From a bacterium (GTDB taxonomy: Bacteria; Zhuqueibacterota; Zhuqueibacteria; Residuimicrobiales; Krinioviventaceae), in assembly GCA_963693055.1 (NCBI GenBank), contig OY843751.1:832001-896000 (forward strand): a stretch of DNA of 64,000 nt. The letters run 5' to 3'. The notes beneath the pieces were generated by a model that did not search any database, had not been told where the DNA came from, and saw only the letters and a program-made list of their open reading frames with translations. The position numbers and the translations under genes were made by a program. Positions 38,699-49,000 of the stretch are shown here, one piece after another (position 1 is the first letter of the stretch; each line of letters opens with the position of its first letter).

Positions 38699-39900
38699 TT
38701 GGTAACATATTGAAAAATTTGGTGCAAACTTTTTACCTGAATATATTTTTTCTGTTTGTATTGTGTATTGGTCAGGTTTTTGGTCAATTTGGATATGAAA
38801 AATTTGATGATGACCCTTATACAGAATACAAGCCTATTGATTTTTTCTCCCAACCCTATTACAATCGGGTAGAGGGAGTTGTATTACATGGCGGTGTTTT
38901 TTTACGCCAGGTACCCGTTTTACCCATCGTTACCAGTGTAGAACTTGCATTTGCAACCCGAACAAACAGCTGGCATTACAATTTTGGCTTGCAGCAATGG
39001 TTGTTTACCAATAGACGGCGTATGTTGTTGCGTTTGAATTTTTTTCAAGAAACACGCACAAATGACTCCTGGAAAATTGGGCGTATGGAAAATTCTCTTG
39101 CAGGTGTGTTCATGCATGAAGATTTTCATAATCATTATGCTGTAAAGGGATTTAGTATTGCCGCGGATCAAAAAGTGTTTCGCAGGAATTTATTAAGAAT
39201 TATTTATTCTCAGCATCGATACTCTAGTATGCCTGTTAATACCAGTTTTGCCGGTTCTTTGTTTGACTGGTCAAAATCTTATGCACCTAATCCTGCAATT
39301 ACGGAAGGGGATGAGCATAGTGTTCAGGTGAGGATGCTGATTGATGAACGTGATAATGCGTTTTTCCCAACAAGTGGATTTTATTTTGAAGGAGTTTATG
39401 AACGTACTTTTGGAGATTTTGAAACCAATGGTATCTTTATAAATTCTGTAATTTATTATCCTACAATCAATACACAGAAATTTATTCTGGTGGGTAACCT
39501 GGGTTTACGTAAAGGCAGCTTGGCTCGTCAACATTTGATGACAATTGGAGGGATAGGTAGTCTGCGTGCTTTTCCGGACAATTACCACATTGGTCAAAAT
39601 CTGGTCATGTACCGAATTGTGTACCACTTTGGCGGGTATTTTTTTCAAAAATCTCCGTTCAAATACATGCCTACCAGTGATGCTGCTTCTTTTGCTGTTT
39701 TTTGGGAAAGCGGAAATGCCTGGTATGCCGACAAGCCCAAAAGACGAATATATCATGGTATTTTTAAACCCCAACTTTTAGGTGACGCGGGAATGTCATT
39801 GTTGTTAGCTGATGGTATTTTACGTGTGGATATTGCTCGCCAATTACTGAATGGTGATGGAGACTGGCGTTTAACTTTTAGACTTTTTAACAAACTTTAG
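38695..39900 (+). CDS. Outer-membrane protein with Omp85-like barrel
   Basis: Signal peptide; YNRVEG; DERDN.FFPTSG; IGGIGSLRAF; LRVDIA. Confidence 0.6.
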   Translation: MIGNILKNLVQTFYLNIFFLFVLCIGQVFGQFGYEKFDDDPYTEYKPIDFFSQPYYNRVEGVVLHGGVFLRQVPVLPIVTSVELAFATRTNSWHYNFGLQQWLFTNRRRMLLRLNFFQETRTNDSWKIGRMENSLAGVFMHEDFHNHYAVKGFSIAADQKVFRRNLLRIIYSQHRYSSMPVNTSFAGSLFDWSKSYAPNPAITEGDEHSVQVRMLIDERDNAFFPTSGFYFEGVYERTFGDFETNGIFINSVIYYPTINTQKFILVGNLGLRKGSLARQHLMTIGGIGSLRAFPDNYHIGQNLVMYRIVYHFGGYFFQKSPFKYMPTSDAASFAVFWESGNAWYADKPKRRIYHGIFKPQLLGDAGMSLLLADGILRVDIARQLLNGDGDWRLTFRLFNKL

Positions 39901-39906
39901 GCATTT

Positions 39907-41223
39907 ATGCGTTTTACCTTTTTCTCAATAATTTTGTTTCTCTTGCTCGTTAGCTGTACTTATTCTCAGGATTCTCAGCTTGATGATTTGGATGAAGAAT
40001 TTGAATCATTAATGATCTTGGGATTTGATGTGATTGGAAATACCTATACCAAAGACATTGTGATTACCCGCGAGTTGAAAATGCAGATAGGTGAACTTTA
40101 TGAAGAGGATCGTCTAATTGAAGACCAGAAGCGTATTCAAAATCTTAATCTTTTCAGTCGGGTCGAAATAGTTCCGGTATTTAATCCGGATGGTGTCATT
40201 ATACAGATCCTGGTATCTGAACGCTGGCATATTTTCCCATACCCTATTTTGTACAGAAACGAAAGGGATTGGAGTAAACTTTCTTATGGGGCCGGAATTT
40301 TTCATGATAATTTTAGAGGTTTGCGTAACTTTGTCAATACTTCTTTTTGGTTTGGCTACAACCCCGGTATGGATGTTTATTACTCGAATCCCTGGTTTGG
40401 CGGCAAGCACAAGCTGAATTACAAGTTTTCGGCATATTCCAGAACCATTCGAAGCAAGGGGCTGGCCTATGATCGTTTTGATGAAAAACATCATGGAGCT
40501 ACATTAACCTTGGGCAAGCGATGGGGATACCATCTTTATTTATCCATGTCTCTGGGGTACAGACAGGTATCTTTGCCGACCGAGTACCGGTTTTTAAATT
40601 ATTCCAATAGTAAAACAGATAGACTACCTTCCGTTGGTTTTGCTATCAAATACGATAAACGTGATTTGTGGGAATATCCTAAAAGTGGATTCTTTGCTGA
40701 GTTATATGTTAATAAAATTTCAAACGCATCATATATTGATTATTTAAGATATGGAGCCGATTTACGGAAATATTTTAATGTGTTCAAAGATGTTTCTATT
40801 GGTTTTTATGGACGTGCTGATTTGTCAACCGGCAGTGTTCCGTATTATGACAAGATTTATCTGGGTTACGCCTACCGCATTCGCGGCGAGTTTGATACCC
40901 GTATGGAAGGAGATAACAGAGCCATTGGGCGAGTAGAGTTGCGTTTCCCCATTATTCCTATAAAATATTTTGATTTATCAGAGCAGGGTTATGATTTTGG
41001 ATCTTACAGTAATAATTTACCATTTGGCTTAAGCGGAGGTTTGTTTGTTGATTCTGGTACAACTTGGTTTAAAAGTCAAAGCATTACTGATCAAGCCCGT
41101 TTAAAGGGTTTTGGCCTGGGTCTGCATTTTCATGTTCCATATGTACAATTGCTGCGAGTAGAATATGCATGGAATTCAGATTTTGAACCGCAGTTTATTA
41201 CTGATATAGGAGTTGCATTTTGA
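39907..41223 (+). CDS. BamA/TamA (Omp85) family protein with a single POTRA domain
   Basis: GNTYTKDIVITREL...RIQNLNLFSRV (POTRA), NFRG, YDKRD...YPKSG, IRG, LRVEYA, C-terminal F. Confidence 0.8.
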   Translation: MRFTFFSIILFLLLVSCTYSQDSQLDDLDEEFESLMILGFDVIGNTYTKDIVITRELKMQIGELYEEDRLIEDQKRIQNLNLFSRVEIVPVFNPDGVIIQILVSERWHIFPYPILYRNERDWSKLSYGAGIFHDNFRGLRNFVNTSFWFGYNPGMDVYYSNPWFGGKHKLNYKFSAYSRTIRSKGLAYDRFDEKHHGATLTLGKRWGYHLYLSMSLGYRQVSLPTEYRFLNYSNSKTDRLPSVGFAIKYDKRDLWEYPKSGFFAELYVNKISNASYIDYLRYGADLRKYFNVFKDVSIGFYGRADLSTGSVPYYDKIYLGYAYRIRGEFDTRMEGDNRAIGRVELRFPIIPIKYFDLSEQGYDFGSYSNNLPFGLSGGLFVDSGTTWFKSQSITDQARLKGFGLGLHFHVPYVQLLRVEYAWNSDFEPQFITDIGVAF

Positions 41224-41951
41224 GCCGGATGCATTTTCAACAGTACTTTGTGGAACCCCAAAATGTTTCTCAAAATACCCTTGTTCTTGATGGTGATGAA
41301 TTTTATCATGCTATCAGGGTTATGCGTATGCAGGTGGGAGATTTTATCTCTTTGACTGACGGTCAGGGACATATCTATGAAGGTGCAATATCTGCGATTG
41401 AAAAAAGATCATTAACCGTCGATATCCAAAATATTTTGCATAACGAGGGAGAACCTGCTTTGCAATTGGTACTTGCAGAGGCTGTATCAAAAGGAAGCGG
41501 ATTCGATTGGGTTGTAGAAAAAGGGACCGAAATAGGAATCAGTGTTTTTCAACCCATTCTAACTGAAAGATCGGTTGCCAAGCCGGAAAAAATAGACAGA
41601 TGGCAAAAAAAGGCCCTTGCCGCACTAAAGCAATGCGGCAGAAGCAAGTATCCAGAGGTTAAGCAACCTGTAGCTTTTAAAGAATGTTTAAACCAATATC
41701 AAAACAGTTTGTTATTTATTGCCCATGAAAGTCATCGGGGTGCGCCTGTTGATGATATTCGTCAAGCTGTAGCTGACAATCAACAGGTAGTATTATTTAT
41801 AGGTCCGGAAGGTGGTTTTTCCAAAGCAGAATTTGATATGGCAATTCAGTATGATGCTATTCCACTAAATTTAGGCTCCAGGCGGTTACGCAGTGAAACA
41901 GCAGCACTAGTCGCCGCGATTAAACTTTTAGAATATGCTGGCGATTTATAA
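41220..41951 (+). CDS. rsmE: 16S rRNA m3U1498 methyltransferase
   Basis: HAIRVMR, EKGTEIG, KQCGRS, FIGPEGGFS, LGSRRLRSETAA. Confidence 0.95.
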   Translation: MSRMHFQQYFVEPQNVSQNTLVLDGDEFYHAIRVMRMQVGDFISLTDGQGHIYEGAISAIEKRSLTVDIQNILHNEGEPALQLVLAEAVSKGSGFDWVVEKGTEIGISVFQPILTERSVAKPEKIDRWQKKALAALKQCGRSKYPEVKQPVAFKECLNQYQNSLLFIAHESHRGAPVDDIRQAVADNQQVVLFIGPEGGFSKAEFDMAIQYDAIPLNLGSRRLRSETAALVAAIKLLEYAGDL

Positions 41952-41978
41952 TAGACTCGTAAAAATACAGGAGGATAT

Positions 41979-42320
41979 ATGGATTGTATTTTTTGTAAAA
42001 TTGCTCAAAAAGAAATTCCCGCAACCATTGTTTATGAAGACGATGATGTAGTTGCGTTCAAAGATTTAAATCCTCAGGCACCCACACATACGTTGGTAAT
42101 TCCTAAAACACATATTGAAACTCTTAATGATCTTGAAGCCGAAAACGCAGAGTTGGTTGGTAAAATGGTACTTGCGGCAAAAACAATAGCTGCTGAATAT
42201 GGTCATGCAGACGCCGGTTACCGACTGGTATTGAATTGCAATGATGATGGCGGACAAACTGTTTTTCATATCCACTGTCATATTTTAGGTGGAAGAGTAA
42301 TGCAATGGCCTCCAGGTTAA
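41979..42320 (+). CDS. hinT: Histidine triad nucleotide-binding protein
   Basis: CIFCKI, DLNPQAPTH.LVIPK, GQTVFHIHCHILGGR. Confidence 0.95.
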   Translation: MDCIFCKIAQKEIPATIVYEDDDVVAFKDLNPQAPTHTLVIPKTHIETLNDLEAENAELVGKMVLAAKTIAAEYGHADAGYRLVLNCNDDGGQTVFHIHCHILGGRVMQWPPG

Positions 42321-42417
42321 TTTAAGTCAAAAATACCTTGATTTTAACCTGAATTTTTTATAATTTACAAGTTGAATATAAACATTCAAAAACTTAGGAA
42401 AGGAGGTCGAGTACTTT

Positions 42418-42612
42418 ATGCCTGGAATCAGGGTAAGAGAAGGTGAACCCTTTGAGAGAGCGTTAAAACGTTTTACCAAATCTTGTGAAAAAGCGGGTCT
42501 GATGTCTGATATAAAAAAACATCAGCAATATGAAAAACCCAGCGAATCTAAACGTCGTAAGGCTAATGTTGCCCGTCGAAAGATGCGCAAATTGCAAATG
42601 ATGGAAAGATAA
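42418..42612 (+). CDS. rpsU: 30S ribosomal protein S21
   Basis: EPFERALKRF..CEKAG..YEKPS..KRRK; strong RBS AGGAGG. Confidence 0.95.
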   Translation: MPGIRVREGEPFERALKRFTKSCEKAGLMSDIKKHQQYEKPSESKRRKANVARRKMRKLQMMER

Positions 42613-42651
42613 TTTTTTGGTAATGATGTTGCCGTTTTAATTGGAGAAAAC

Positions 42652-43098
42652 ATGAGTTTTTTAACTCAGTTAACTGAAGATATGAAAGCCGCAATGAAGT
42701 CAGGCGATAAAGAACGTCTGGGTACAATACGTCTATTGCGGGGACAAATTAAAGATGCTTCTATTGACAAGCGCAAAGAGCTTGATAAAGATGAAGAATT
42801 GGCTGTTTTAACCAGTGCCGCTAAAAAAAGACGCGAGTCTATTGAGGCATATAAAGCAGCAGGCCGCGATGACTTGGCTGACAAGGAACTAGTTGAATTA
42901 AAGATCATTGAAACCTATTTACCTGAACAGTTGTCTGAGCAGGATGTCGAAAAAATTGTGGATGAAGCAATTCAAGAGACGGGTGCGCAGACCATCAAAG
43001 ATTTAGGCAAGGTCATGCCGGTAATTATGTCCAAAGTCAAAGGACGTGCAGATGGAAAATTGGTTAGTGAGCTTGTTAGAAAAAAACTGAGTATATAA
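42652..43098 (+). CDS. yqeY: GatB/YqeY domain protein
   Basis: DMKAAMK, KKRRESIE.Y..AGR.DL, YLPEQLS, DLGKVM...KGRADG. Confidence 0.93.
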   Translation: MSFLTQLTEDMKAAMKSGDKERLGTIRLLRGQIKDASIDKRKELDKDEELAVLTSAAKKRRESIEAYKAAGRDDLADKELVELKIIETYLPEQLSEQDVEKIVDEAIQETGAQTIKDLGKVMPVIMSKVKGRADGKLVSELVRKKLSI

Positions 43099-43197
43099 GT
43101 TGAAACGACAAATTTTGAAAGTGGATAGAGTTGGGTTTTTGGCCTATATTCTTTATTCACTTTTTTTTATTTAATATCATGCTAGCGGATTAAAATT

Positions 43198-43875
43198 ATG
43201 AACATTTTGGACTTTATTGTCATTGGAATATTGACCTTGTTTGTATTTCTTGGTGCCCGGCGTGGTTTTATGGATGAAATTCTGGGTATTACCGGTTGGA
43301 TCATTGCCATTATTTGTGCTGTGAAATTTGGGGGTACACTTGCTGTAATTATCACCCGTCAGGTTCCCCAACTTCATATGGTCAGCTCTGTTTTAGCGGG
43401 TTTATTGTTGTTATTTGGAATTCGCTATGCGTTTTTGTTGCTGATTGGAATGATAAAAAAAACAGCACCTGCCTTGACAGAGAACAGCCTGAACAAAATT
43501 GCCGGAGCTATATTGGGTTTTGTTCAAGGTATTCTTTTAATTAGTATACTGATCCTTTTATTGTGGGTGATACCTTTTGGAAATAATGTAAACCGAGTGC
43601 AAAAGAAATCTGTTCTTTTGCCGCATATGGAAAAAGTTACAGTTTTTCTGGTAAATTCTGTTGGTAATTTTATCCCCTATACTCAGCCCATGATCGATAA
43701 ATTGTATGATAGAATAGATAACAATAAATTTGATAAAGATGGGCTTGAACCAAAAGACATTAAAGATCTGGGGAAAAAAGTTAACAAAATTGCAGATGAA
43801 GATCTTGTGGATAAAGATAAACGAAATGAAATGAAAAAAGCTGCCAGAAAGCTGGAAGAGGAGTTACGGAGATAG
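43198..43875 (+). CDS. cvpA: CvpA family membrane protein
   Basis: MNILDF...GARRGF..E; NKIAGAILGFVQG; typical position before mutS2. Confidence 0.85.
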   Translation: MNILDFIVIGILTLFVFLGARRGFMDEILGITGWIIAIICAVKFGGTLAVIITRQVPQLHMVSSVLAGLLLLFGIRYAFLLLIGMIKKTAPALTENSLNKIAGAILGFVQGILLISILILLLWVIPFGNNVNRVQKKSVLLPHMEKVTVFLVNSVGNFIPYTQPMIDKLYDRIDNNKFDKDGLEPKDIKDLGKKVNKIADEDLVDKDKRNEMKKAARKLEEELRR

Positions 43876-43879
43876 ACTT

Positions 43880-46237
43880 TTGGAATCCTGCTATGAAACA
43901 TTAGAGTTCCTTAAAATACGAGAGAAAATTGCTGTATGTGCAGCTTCTGTTTTAGGTGAAAAACTCGCCCTTGAAATCCAACCCATTCAAGATACTCAAG
44001 AATTAACCATCATACAAACCCAGGTTACGGAACTTCGTGATTTGAATGATTACGATCATGCTGTGCCAATGGAAGGAATACAGGATGTTGAAGCCATTCT
44101 TAAAAAAGCAGGGATGGCCGGCAGTATTTTGGGTGTTCACGAATTGCTTGCTGTTTTTCAACAGGCAAATACATCGAGACGCTTGAGTGGTTATTTTTAT
44201 CAACGAAAAGAAAAAATACCCCATTTTAAAAAAATATCAGACAGACTGATTGTATTACCAGAATTGGAAAAAGAGATTAGCCGTTGTATAGATATTAAAA
44301 GCGCTGAAATTCTGGATAATGCAAGTCCTGAACTGGCCCATGTCCGAAGCCAGATCAACCGGGTTCGTAACTCTATTAGACGAAAAATTGAGACCAAATT
44401 AAAATCCTTTGGCGAGCAAGGCATGCTGCAAGAGAATGTTATCAGTGTTCGAGATGGTCGTTTTGTGCTTATGGTAAAAGACGAGTATAAACGCAAGGTC
44501 AAGGGATTGATACATGGTCAGTCTTCAAGCGGATCCAGTTATTTTATAGAGCCCATGGATGTATTTGAAGAGAATAATCGTATCCGTGAATTGCTGAATG
44601 AAGAAACTCGTGAAATTGAACGTGTTTTAACACAATTAACAATACGTGTACATGAGGTTGTTGGCGAGCTGAAAAGAAATGAAAAGGTGCTTGCGCAAAT
44701 TGATCTTTTTTATGCCAAAGCTGTCTTTTCAAAATCCATTAATGGATTTCAACCCGAACTGGTTGATAACCCTGAAATAATGATAGCAGGAGGCAGGCAT
44801 CCTTTGCTTATCCTGCGTTTAGGTGAATCAAATGTAGTACCTCTTGATATAGAGTTGGGTAAAGTTTCTACTTTGATCATTAGCGGCCCCAATGCTGGTG
44901 GTAAAACTGTGGCTTTGAAAACCGTAGGGTTGTTAACACTTTTGGCCCGTTGTGGATTGCACATTCCTGCCAAGCCCCATTCACGTATTGGTAAAATAAC
45001 AAAAATTTATGCAAATATTGGTGATCAGCAATCTATAGAGAATGATCTTTCAACATTTTCGTCACACGTTCAATCGCTTGCAGATATTGCTTCGAATGCG
45101 GATGAAAATAGTCTGGTGCTGGTTGATGAAATAGGAACCGGTACTGATCCTGAAGAGGGTATAGCACTTGCCATTACACTATTGCAACGACTCACTGACA
45201 GACACGCTTTAACCATAGTTACCACCCACTTGGGTGCATTAAAGGCGTTTGCCTACCAAACTGACCGTGTTGAGAATGCATCTATGGAGTTTGATCGGGA
45301 AACCTTACAGGCAACTTATAAATTCAGAACCGGTATCCCCGGTTCAAGTTATGCGTTTGAAATTGCACGTCGCATGGGTTTTCCTCCTGAATTGATTGAG
45401 GCTTCCCGCGAGCTGATTGGTTCGCACAAAGATCAGCTTGAAGGATTGATTGAAGATCTTGAAGAAAAGATACAATCTTATAATACATTGCTGTCGGAAA
45501 TAAGGATTAAAGACTCTGGCTTGAGCAGCCTTCAAAAGTTGTACACTGAGCGAAATGAAGCCTTGAAACGTGACGAGAAAAAAATTAAGCGTGAAGCTGT
45601 TAAAGAAGCTGAACAAATTATTGCACAGGCTAACGCTTTGATTGAAAAAACTGTCAAAGAGATTAAAGAAAAAGAAGCTCGTCGTGAAGCTATACAAAAT
45701 GCCAAGTCAGTAATGAACGAACAGCAGCAAAAGATTAAAGTTATTAAAAAGCAGGTCAGCGAACCAGAGCCTGAAGCCTTGATCTCAGTAGAGCCAGGAG
45801 ATTATGTGAAATGGAAACACAGCACCAGTGTGGGTGAGGTTATTACTCGTGTAGATAAAAAGGGTAAAGTCATGGTACAGTTGGATGGTGTAAAAATGCA
45901 ACTGCCGTTGGTTGATCTTGAAAAAGCGAGTAAAAAGAAGAAAAAGCGAACCTCGGTAACCCATATAAACGTTTCTCAAAAAGAGATTATTACTCACGAG
46001 GTTGACCTTCGTGGCATGCGAGCAGAAGAGGCAAGATCCATAGTTGACCGGTTTATTGATGAAGCATTAATGACCGGGTTGAATGAGATTCGCATTATTC
46101 ATGGAAAAGGTACCGGTCGTTTAAGACAGGATATTACAAATTTTCTTGGCTCTCATCCGCAGGTAAATCAATTTAGATTAGGAAACTGGAACGAAGGTGA
46201 TTCTGGTGTTACTATCGCTACTTTGAAAACAAAATGA
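43880..46237 (+). CDS. mutS2: Endonuclease MutS2
   Basis: HGQSSSG, ISGPNAGGKTV, IGDQQSIENDLSTFSSH, DEIGTGTDP, C-terminal Smr domain (DLRG..IIHGKGTG). Confidence 0.96.
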   Translation: MESCYETLEFLKIREKIAVCAASVLGEKLALEIQPIQDTQELTIIQTQVTELRDLNDYDHAVPMEGIQDVEAILKKAGMAGSILGVHELLAVFQQANTSRRLSGYFYQRKEKIPHFKKISDRLIVLPELEKEISRCIDIKSAEILDNASPELAHVRSQINRVRNSIRRKIETKLKSFGEQGMLQENVISVRDGRFVLMVKDEYKRKVKGLIHGQSSSGSSYFIEPMDVFEENNRIRELLNEETREIERVLTQLTIRVHEVVGELKRNEKVLAQIDLFYAKAVFSKSINGFQPELVDNPEIMIAGGRHPLLILRLGESNVVPLDIELGKVSTLIISGPNAGGKTVALKTVGLLTLLARCGLHIPAKPHSRIGKITKIYANIGDQQSIENDLSTFSSHVQSLADIASNADENSLVLVDEIGTGTDPEEGIALAITLLQRLTDRHALTIVTTHLGALKAFAYQTDRVENASMEFDRETLQATYKFRTGIPGSSYAFEIARRMGFPPELIEASRELIGSHKDQLEGLIEDLEEKIQSYNTLLSEIRIKDSGLSSLQKLYTERNEALKRDEKKIKREAVKEAEQIIAQANALIEKTVKEIKEKEARREAIQNAKSVMNEQQQKIKVIKKQVSEPEPEALISVEPGDYVKWKHSTSVGEVITRVDKKGKVMVQLDGVKMQLPLVDLEKASKKKKKRTSVTHINVSQKEIITHEVDLRGMRAEEARSIVDRFIDEALMTGLNEIRIIHGKGTGRLRQDITNFLGSHPQVNQFRLGNWNEGDSGVTIATLKTK

Positions 46238-46256
46238 TAAAATTACAGGATATATT

Positions 46257-47045
46257 ATGTTAAATACCGCTATACGTGCCGCAAAAGCGGCCAGTAAAAT
46301 TCAATTAGAAAATCTGGGCAAGATTACATCCTCCCATATCGATACAAAAAAACAATTTGATTTTGTGACCTTTGTTGATAAAACTTCAGAAGCTGCAATT
46401 ATTGAAACTATACAGAAAGAGTATCCTGCCCACAGCTTTTACGGAGAAGAATCTCACAAGCATGATGGCGGCGGACACCGATGGATTATTGATCCCCTTG
46501 ATGGCACTACAAATTATATTCATGGAATACCTGTATTTGCTGTCTCCATTGCGTTAGAGGTTAATCATGAAATTGTACTCGGCGTTATTTATGACCCTAC
46601 CCGTGACGAGTTATTTACTGCTGAAAAGGGCAAAGGCGCTTTTTTAAATGGTGATGCGATACAGGTGTCTGATATTGATGATCTGGGCCTGGGTTTAATA
46701 ACAACCGGTTTTCCTTTTCGGGCTAAAGAATATATTGATATTTATTTACGTTCATTCAAAGAAGTATTGTTCAAAGCAAGCGGAGTAAGACGACTCGGTG
46801 CCGCTGCTTTGGACTTTTGTTACATTGCATGCGGACGTTGTGAAGGCTTTTGGGAAATTAATTTAGGACCCTGGGATGTTGCTGCAGGATCAATCATCAT
46901 AAAGGAAGCTGGTGGGAAAATAACAGATTTCTCCGGTGGTAATAATCCCGTTTGGACAGGCAATGTGGTTGCATCCAACACCATTTTACATCATGAATTA
47001 TTACAGACAGTTCAAAATGTTTTCAAAGGACAGATTGACAAATAA
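46257..47045 (+). CDS. suhB: Inositol monophosphatase family protein
   Basis: DFVT.VD, WIIDPLDGTTNYIHG, RRLGAAALD, WDVAAG. Confidence 0.93.
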   Translation: MLNTAIRAAKAASKIQLENLGKITSSHIDTKKQFDFVTFVDKTSEAAIIETIQKEYPAHSFYGEESHKHDGGGHRWIIDPLDGTTNYIHGIPVFAVSIALEVNHEIVLGVIYDPTRDELFTAEKGKGAFLNGDAIQVSDIDDLGLGLITTGFPFRAKEYIDIYLRSFKEVLFKASGVRRLGAAALDFCYIACGRCEGFWEINLGPWDVAAGSIIIKEAGGKITDFSGGNNPVWTGNVVASNTILHHELLQTVQNVFKGQIDK

Positions 47046-47478
47046 TATTACTCGAAGCATCCGGGTCACGCTATACCTGATCATTTTATGTTTTCTGGTA
47101 TTTTATGGGAAATATAACAATCCTACAATTACCCTCACTATGTGTGATTCTGACCCTGAAAAGTTTGATAATTCGTTTCTGGAAATAGGAAATGAGATCA
47201 CTGTAAAAACAATTTATCAGGATTCTTTTTTTGTTCACCAAAACGGAAATTTTTACAAAGTTGTTGGCCAATCTGAGAACCTGATTCCCAACCAGTTTAT
47301 CTCTTTAAAGGCAATTTATCACCAGGATGGATGGCTCGAGCTGGTGGATTACCATGTGTCTGAAAAACGACGAGTTAAAATTTGGGTATCGGTTTTTCCA
47401 GTTTTAATTGTACTCGTCTTGTTTTTTAAACGATATACTTTTTCTTTTAAAAACTTTTATTTTGCGAGCAAGGTGTAA
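47035..47478 (+). CDS. Hypothetical membrane protein (two TM flanking a small soluble domain)
   Basis: ORF coupled to neighbours. TTG 47035 after AAGGA; hydrophobic N- and C-terminal segments. Confidence 0.55.
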   Translation: MTNNITRSIRVTLYLIILCFLVFYGKYNNPTITLTMCDSDPEKFDNSFLEIGNEITVKTIYQDSFFVHQNGNFYKVVGQSENLIPNQFISLKAIYHQDGWLELVDYHVSEKRRVKIWVSVFPVLIVLVLFFKRYTFSFKNFYFASKV

Positions 47479-47936
47479 TGGCAGATCTGCTGACACATTT
47501 TGCACTGGGTTATGCTACCAGCAGACATCGTTCATTTGCTGATATGCGTGCCATTTATTATCTCGGAATCATTTTGCCCGATGTCATTACCCGCCCTATT
47601 TATATCTTGTTTCCCGGTTTGTATGATTACACAATTGCCATGCATACACCGATATTTCTGGTGATATTTTGTCTGTTTCTATCAGAATTTTTTCAGCCTC
47701 AATCAAGAGCACTTGTATTTAAATATTTATTTGCCGGTGTTTTAGTACATTTACTATTAGATTCACTACAACGCCACTTTATTGGTGGATATTATTGGCT
47801 GTTTCCGTTTTCATGGAAGACGTATGAATGGGGACTGTATTGGGCAGATGCCCCGTTGAGATGGATTCCGCTTTGGCTGGTTTTAATAGCAGGCTATGAA
47901 TTGCTTATTCGCCTGCATCACCATAATCACGATTGA
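47478..47936 (+). CDS. Membrane-bound metal-dependent hydrolase (YdjM-like)
   Basis: LTH, LPD, MHT, HLLLD, LFPFS motifs. Confidence 0.72.
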   Translation: MADLLTHFALGYATSRHRSFADMRAIYYLGIILPDVITRPIYILFPGLYDYTIAMHTPIFLVIFCLFLSEFFQPQSRALVFKYLFAGVLVHLLLDSLQRHFIGGYYWLFPFSWKTYEWGLYWADAPLRWIPLWLVLIAGYELLIRLHHHNHD

Positions 47937-48930
47937 TTTCCCCTAAAATCTTGGCTGCCTTTTCTTTTTTCTCTCTAGCTCTATCTTTAATCTCTTCATC
48001 AGCTTCTAGATCAATTGCCCTGTTAAGAAAGGATATTGCTGTCGAATCCTGATCCAGTGCTTTATAGCATTGGCCCAGCTTGAGGTTTAATACAATTTCA
48101 TTGTAATGATTATTTATAGACTCGGAAGAAACAGAGGCAAGCAGTTTTTTGTATGAATCAATGGCCTGGTTATATTTTTCTGCTTTTAAAGAAGCATCGC
48201 CCAGGGGCCATAAAAAGAACCTGCTGTCAGGAAACTGGTCAAGACCTTTTTGAGAAATATCGATAGCTTTTTCAAACTCTTTTTCTTCTATGTAAATCCA
48301 TGCCAGATTTGATAAAGCTGCCCACCGCGTAAAAGTACCTTTGTCCTGCACACATAATAAATTTTCTATACCTTGTTCTCTTTTATCGGAAAAGAAAGGC
48401 AGCCAGGTGAATTTTCGCGTAAGGTAGCTTCGCCAGTATTTATAACTGCCAATTCCCAAATATGCGTCATACCAGGTTTCATCCAATTGCAGGCATTTCT
48501 CAAGTTCATCAATAGAGCTGGAGGCTTTACGAATTGCAGAAAAGTATTTCTTGTCTCGTGCAAGCTGATAACTGTGATACGAACGGGCCGCACCCAGAAA
48601 GAAATGCGCCTCAGCAGATTCAGGATAGTTTTTAAGCATGTGTTCAGAGAGTTCAGTGGCTTTTTCTATGTTATCATAAAATTCATCTTTGCCATCCTCT
48701 GTTTCAAAATCCATCATTTTAGATTGATAGGCTGCTGCTTTGAAAAAATATCCTGCAGGGTGTGAGGGCGTCAGTTGAATGAGACTATCGAAAAGAGCCA
48801 GAGATGTTTCGTATTCTTCTTCAATGCTTTTATCAATTCCCAATTGAATGAGCTCTAAATGCTTCATTCCAGTATTTGCGTATCCCAAAGATATGAATAA
48901 AAGAATGTATGTGATCAGTTTTTTTAGCAC
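47905..48930 (-). CDS. Secreted tetratricopeptide-repeat protein
   Basis: Signal peptide; TPR-like helices (PSHPAGYF, AEAHFFLG, DAYLGIG.Y.YW). Confidence 0.75.
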   Translation of the reverse strand: MLKKLITYILLFISLGYANTGMKHLELIQLGIDKSIEEEYETSLALFDSLIQLTPSHPAGYFFKAAAYQSKMMDFETEDGKDEFYDNIEKATELSEHMLKNYPESAEAHFFLGAARSYHSYQLARDKKYFSAIRKASSSIDELEKCLQLDETWYDAYLGIGSYKYWRSYLTRKFTWLPFFSDKREQGIENLLCVQDKGTFTRWAALSNLAWIYIEEKEFEKAIDISQKGLDQFPDSRFFLWPLGDASLKAEKYNQAIDSYKKLLASVSSESINNHYNEIVLNLKLGQCYKALDQDSTAISFLNRAIDLEADEEIKDRAREKKEKAAKILGEINRDYGDAGE

Positions 48931-48943
48931 AAGTGTCCTACAT

Positions 48944-48972
48944 AAAAAAAAGCCCGCTAAATTTTAGCGGGC
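48944..48972 (-). terminator. Rho-independent terminator after M23 gene
   Basis: GCCCGCTAAA/TTTAGCGGGC hairpin with an 8-T run on the minus strand. Confidence 0.8.
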
Positions 48973-49000
48973 CTGAAAATACAATATTTAAATATAGATA

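Noticed and set aside
41220-47045. rsmE-HIT-rpsU-yqeY-cvpA-mutS2-suhB run
   Set aside because: Ordinary, widely conserved housekeeping synteny.
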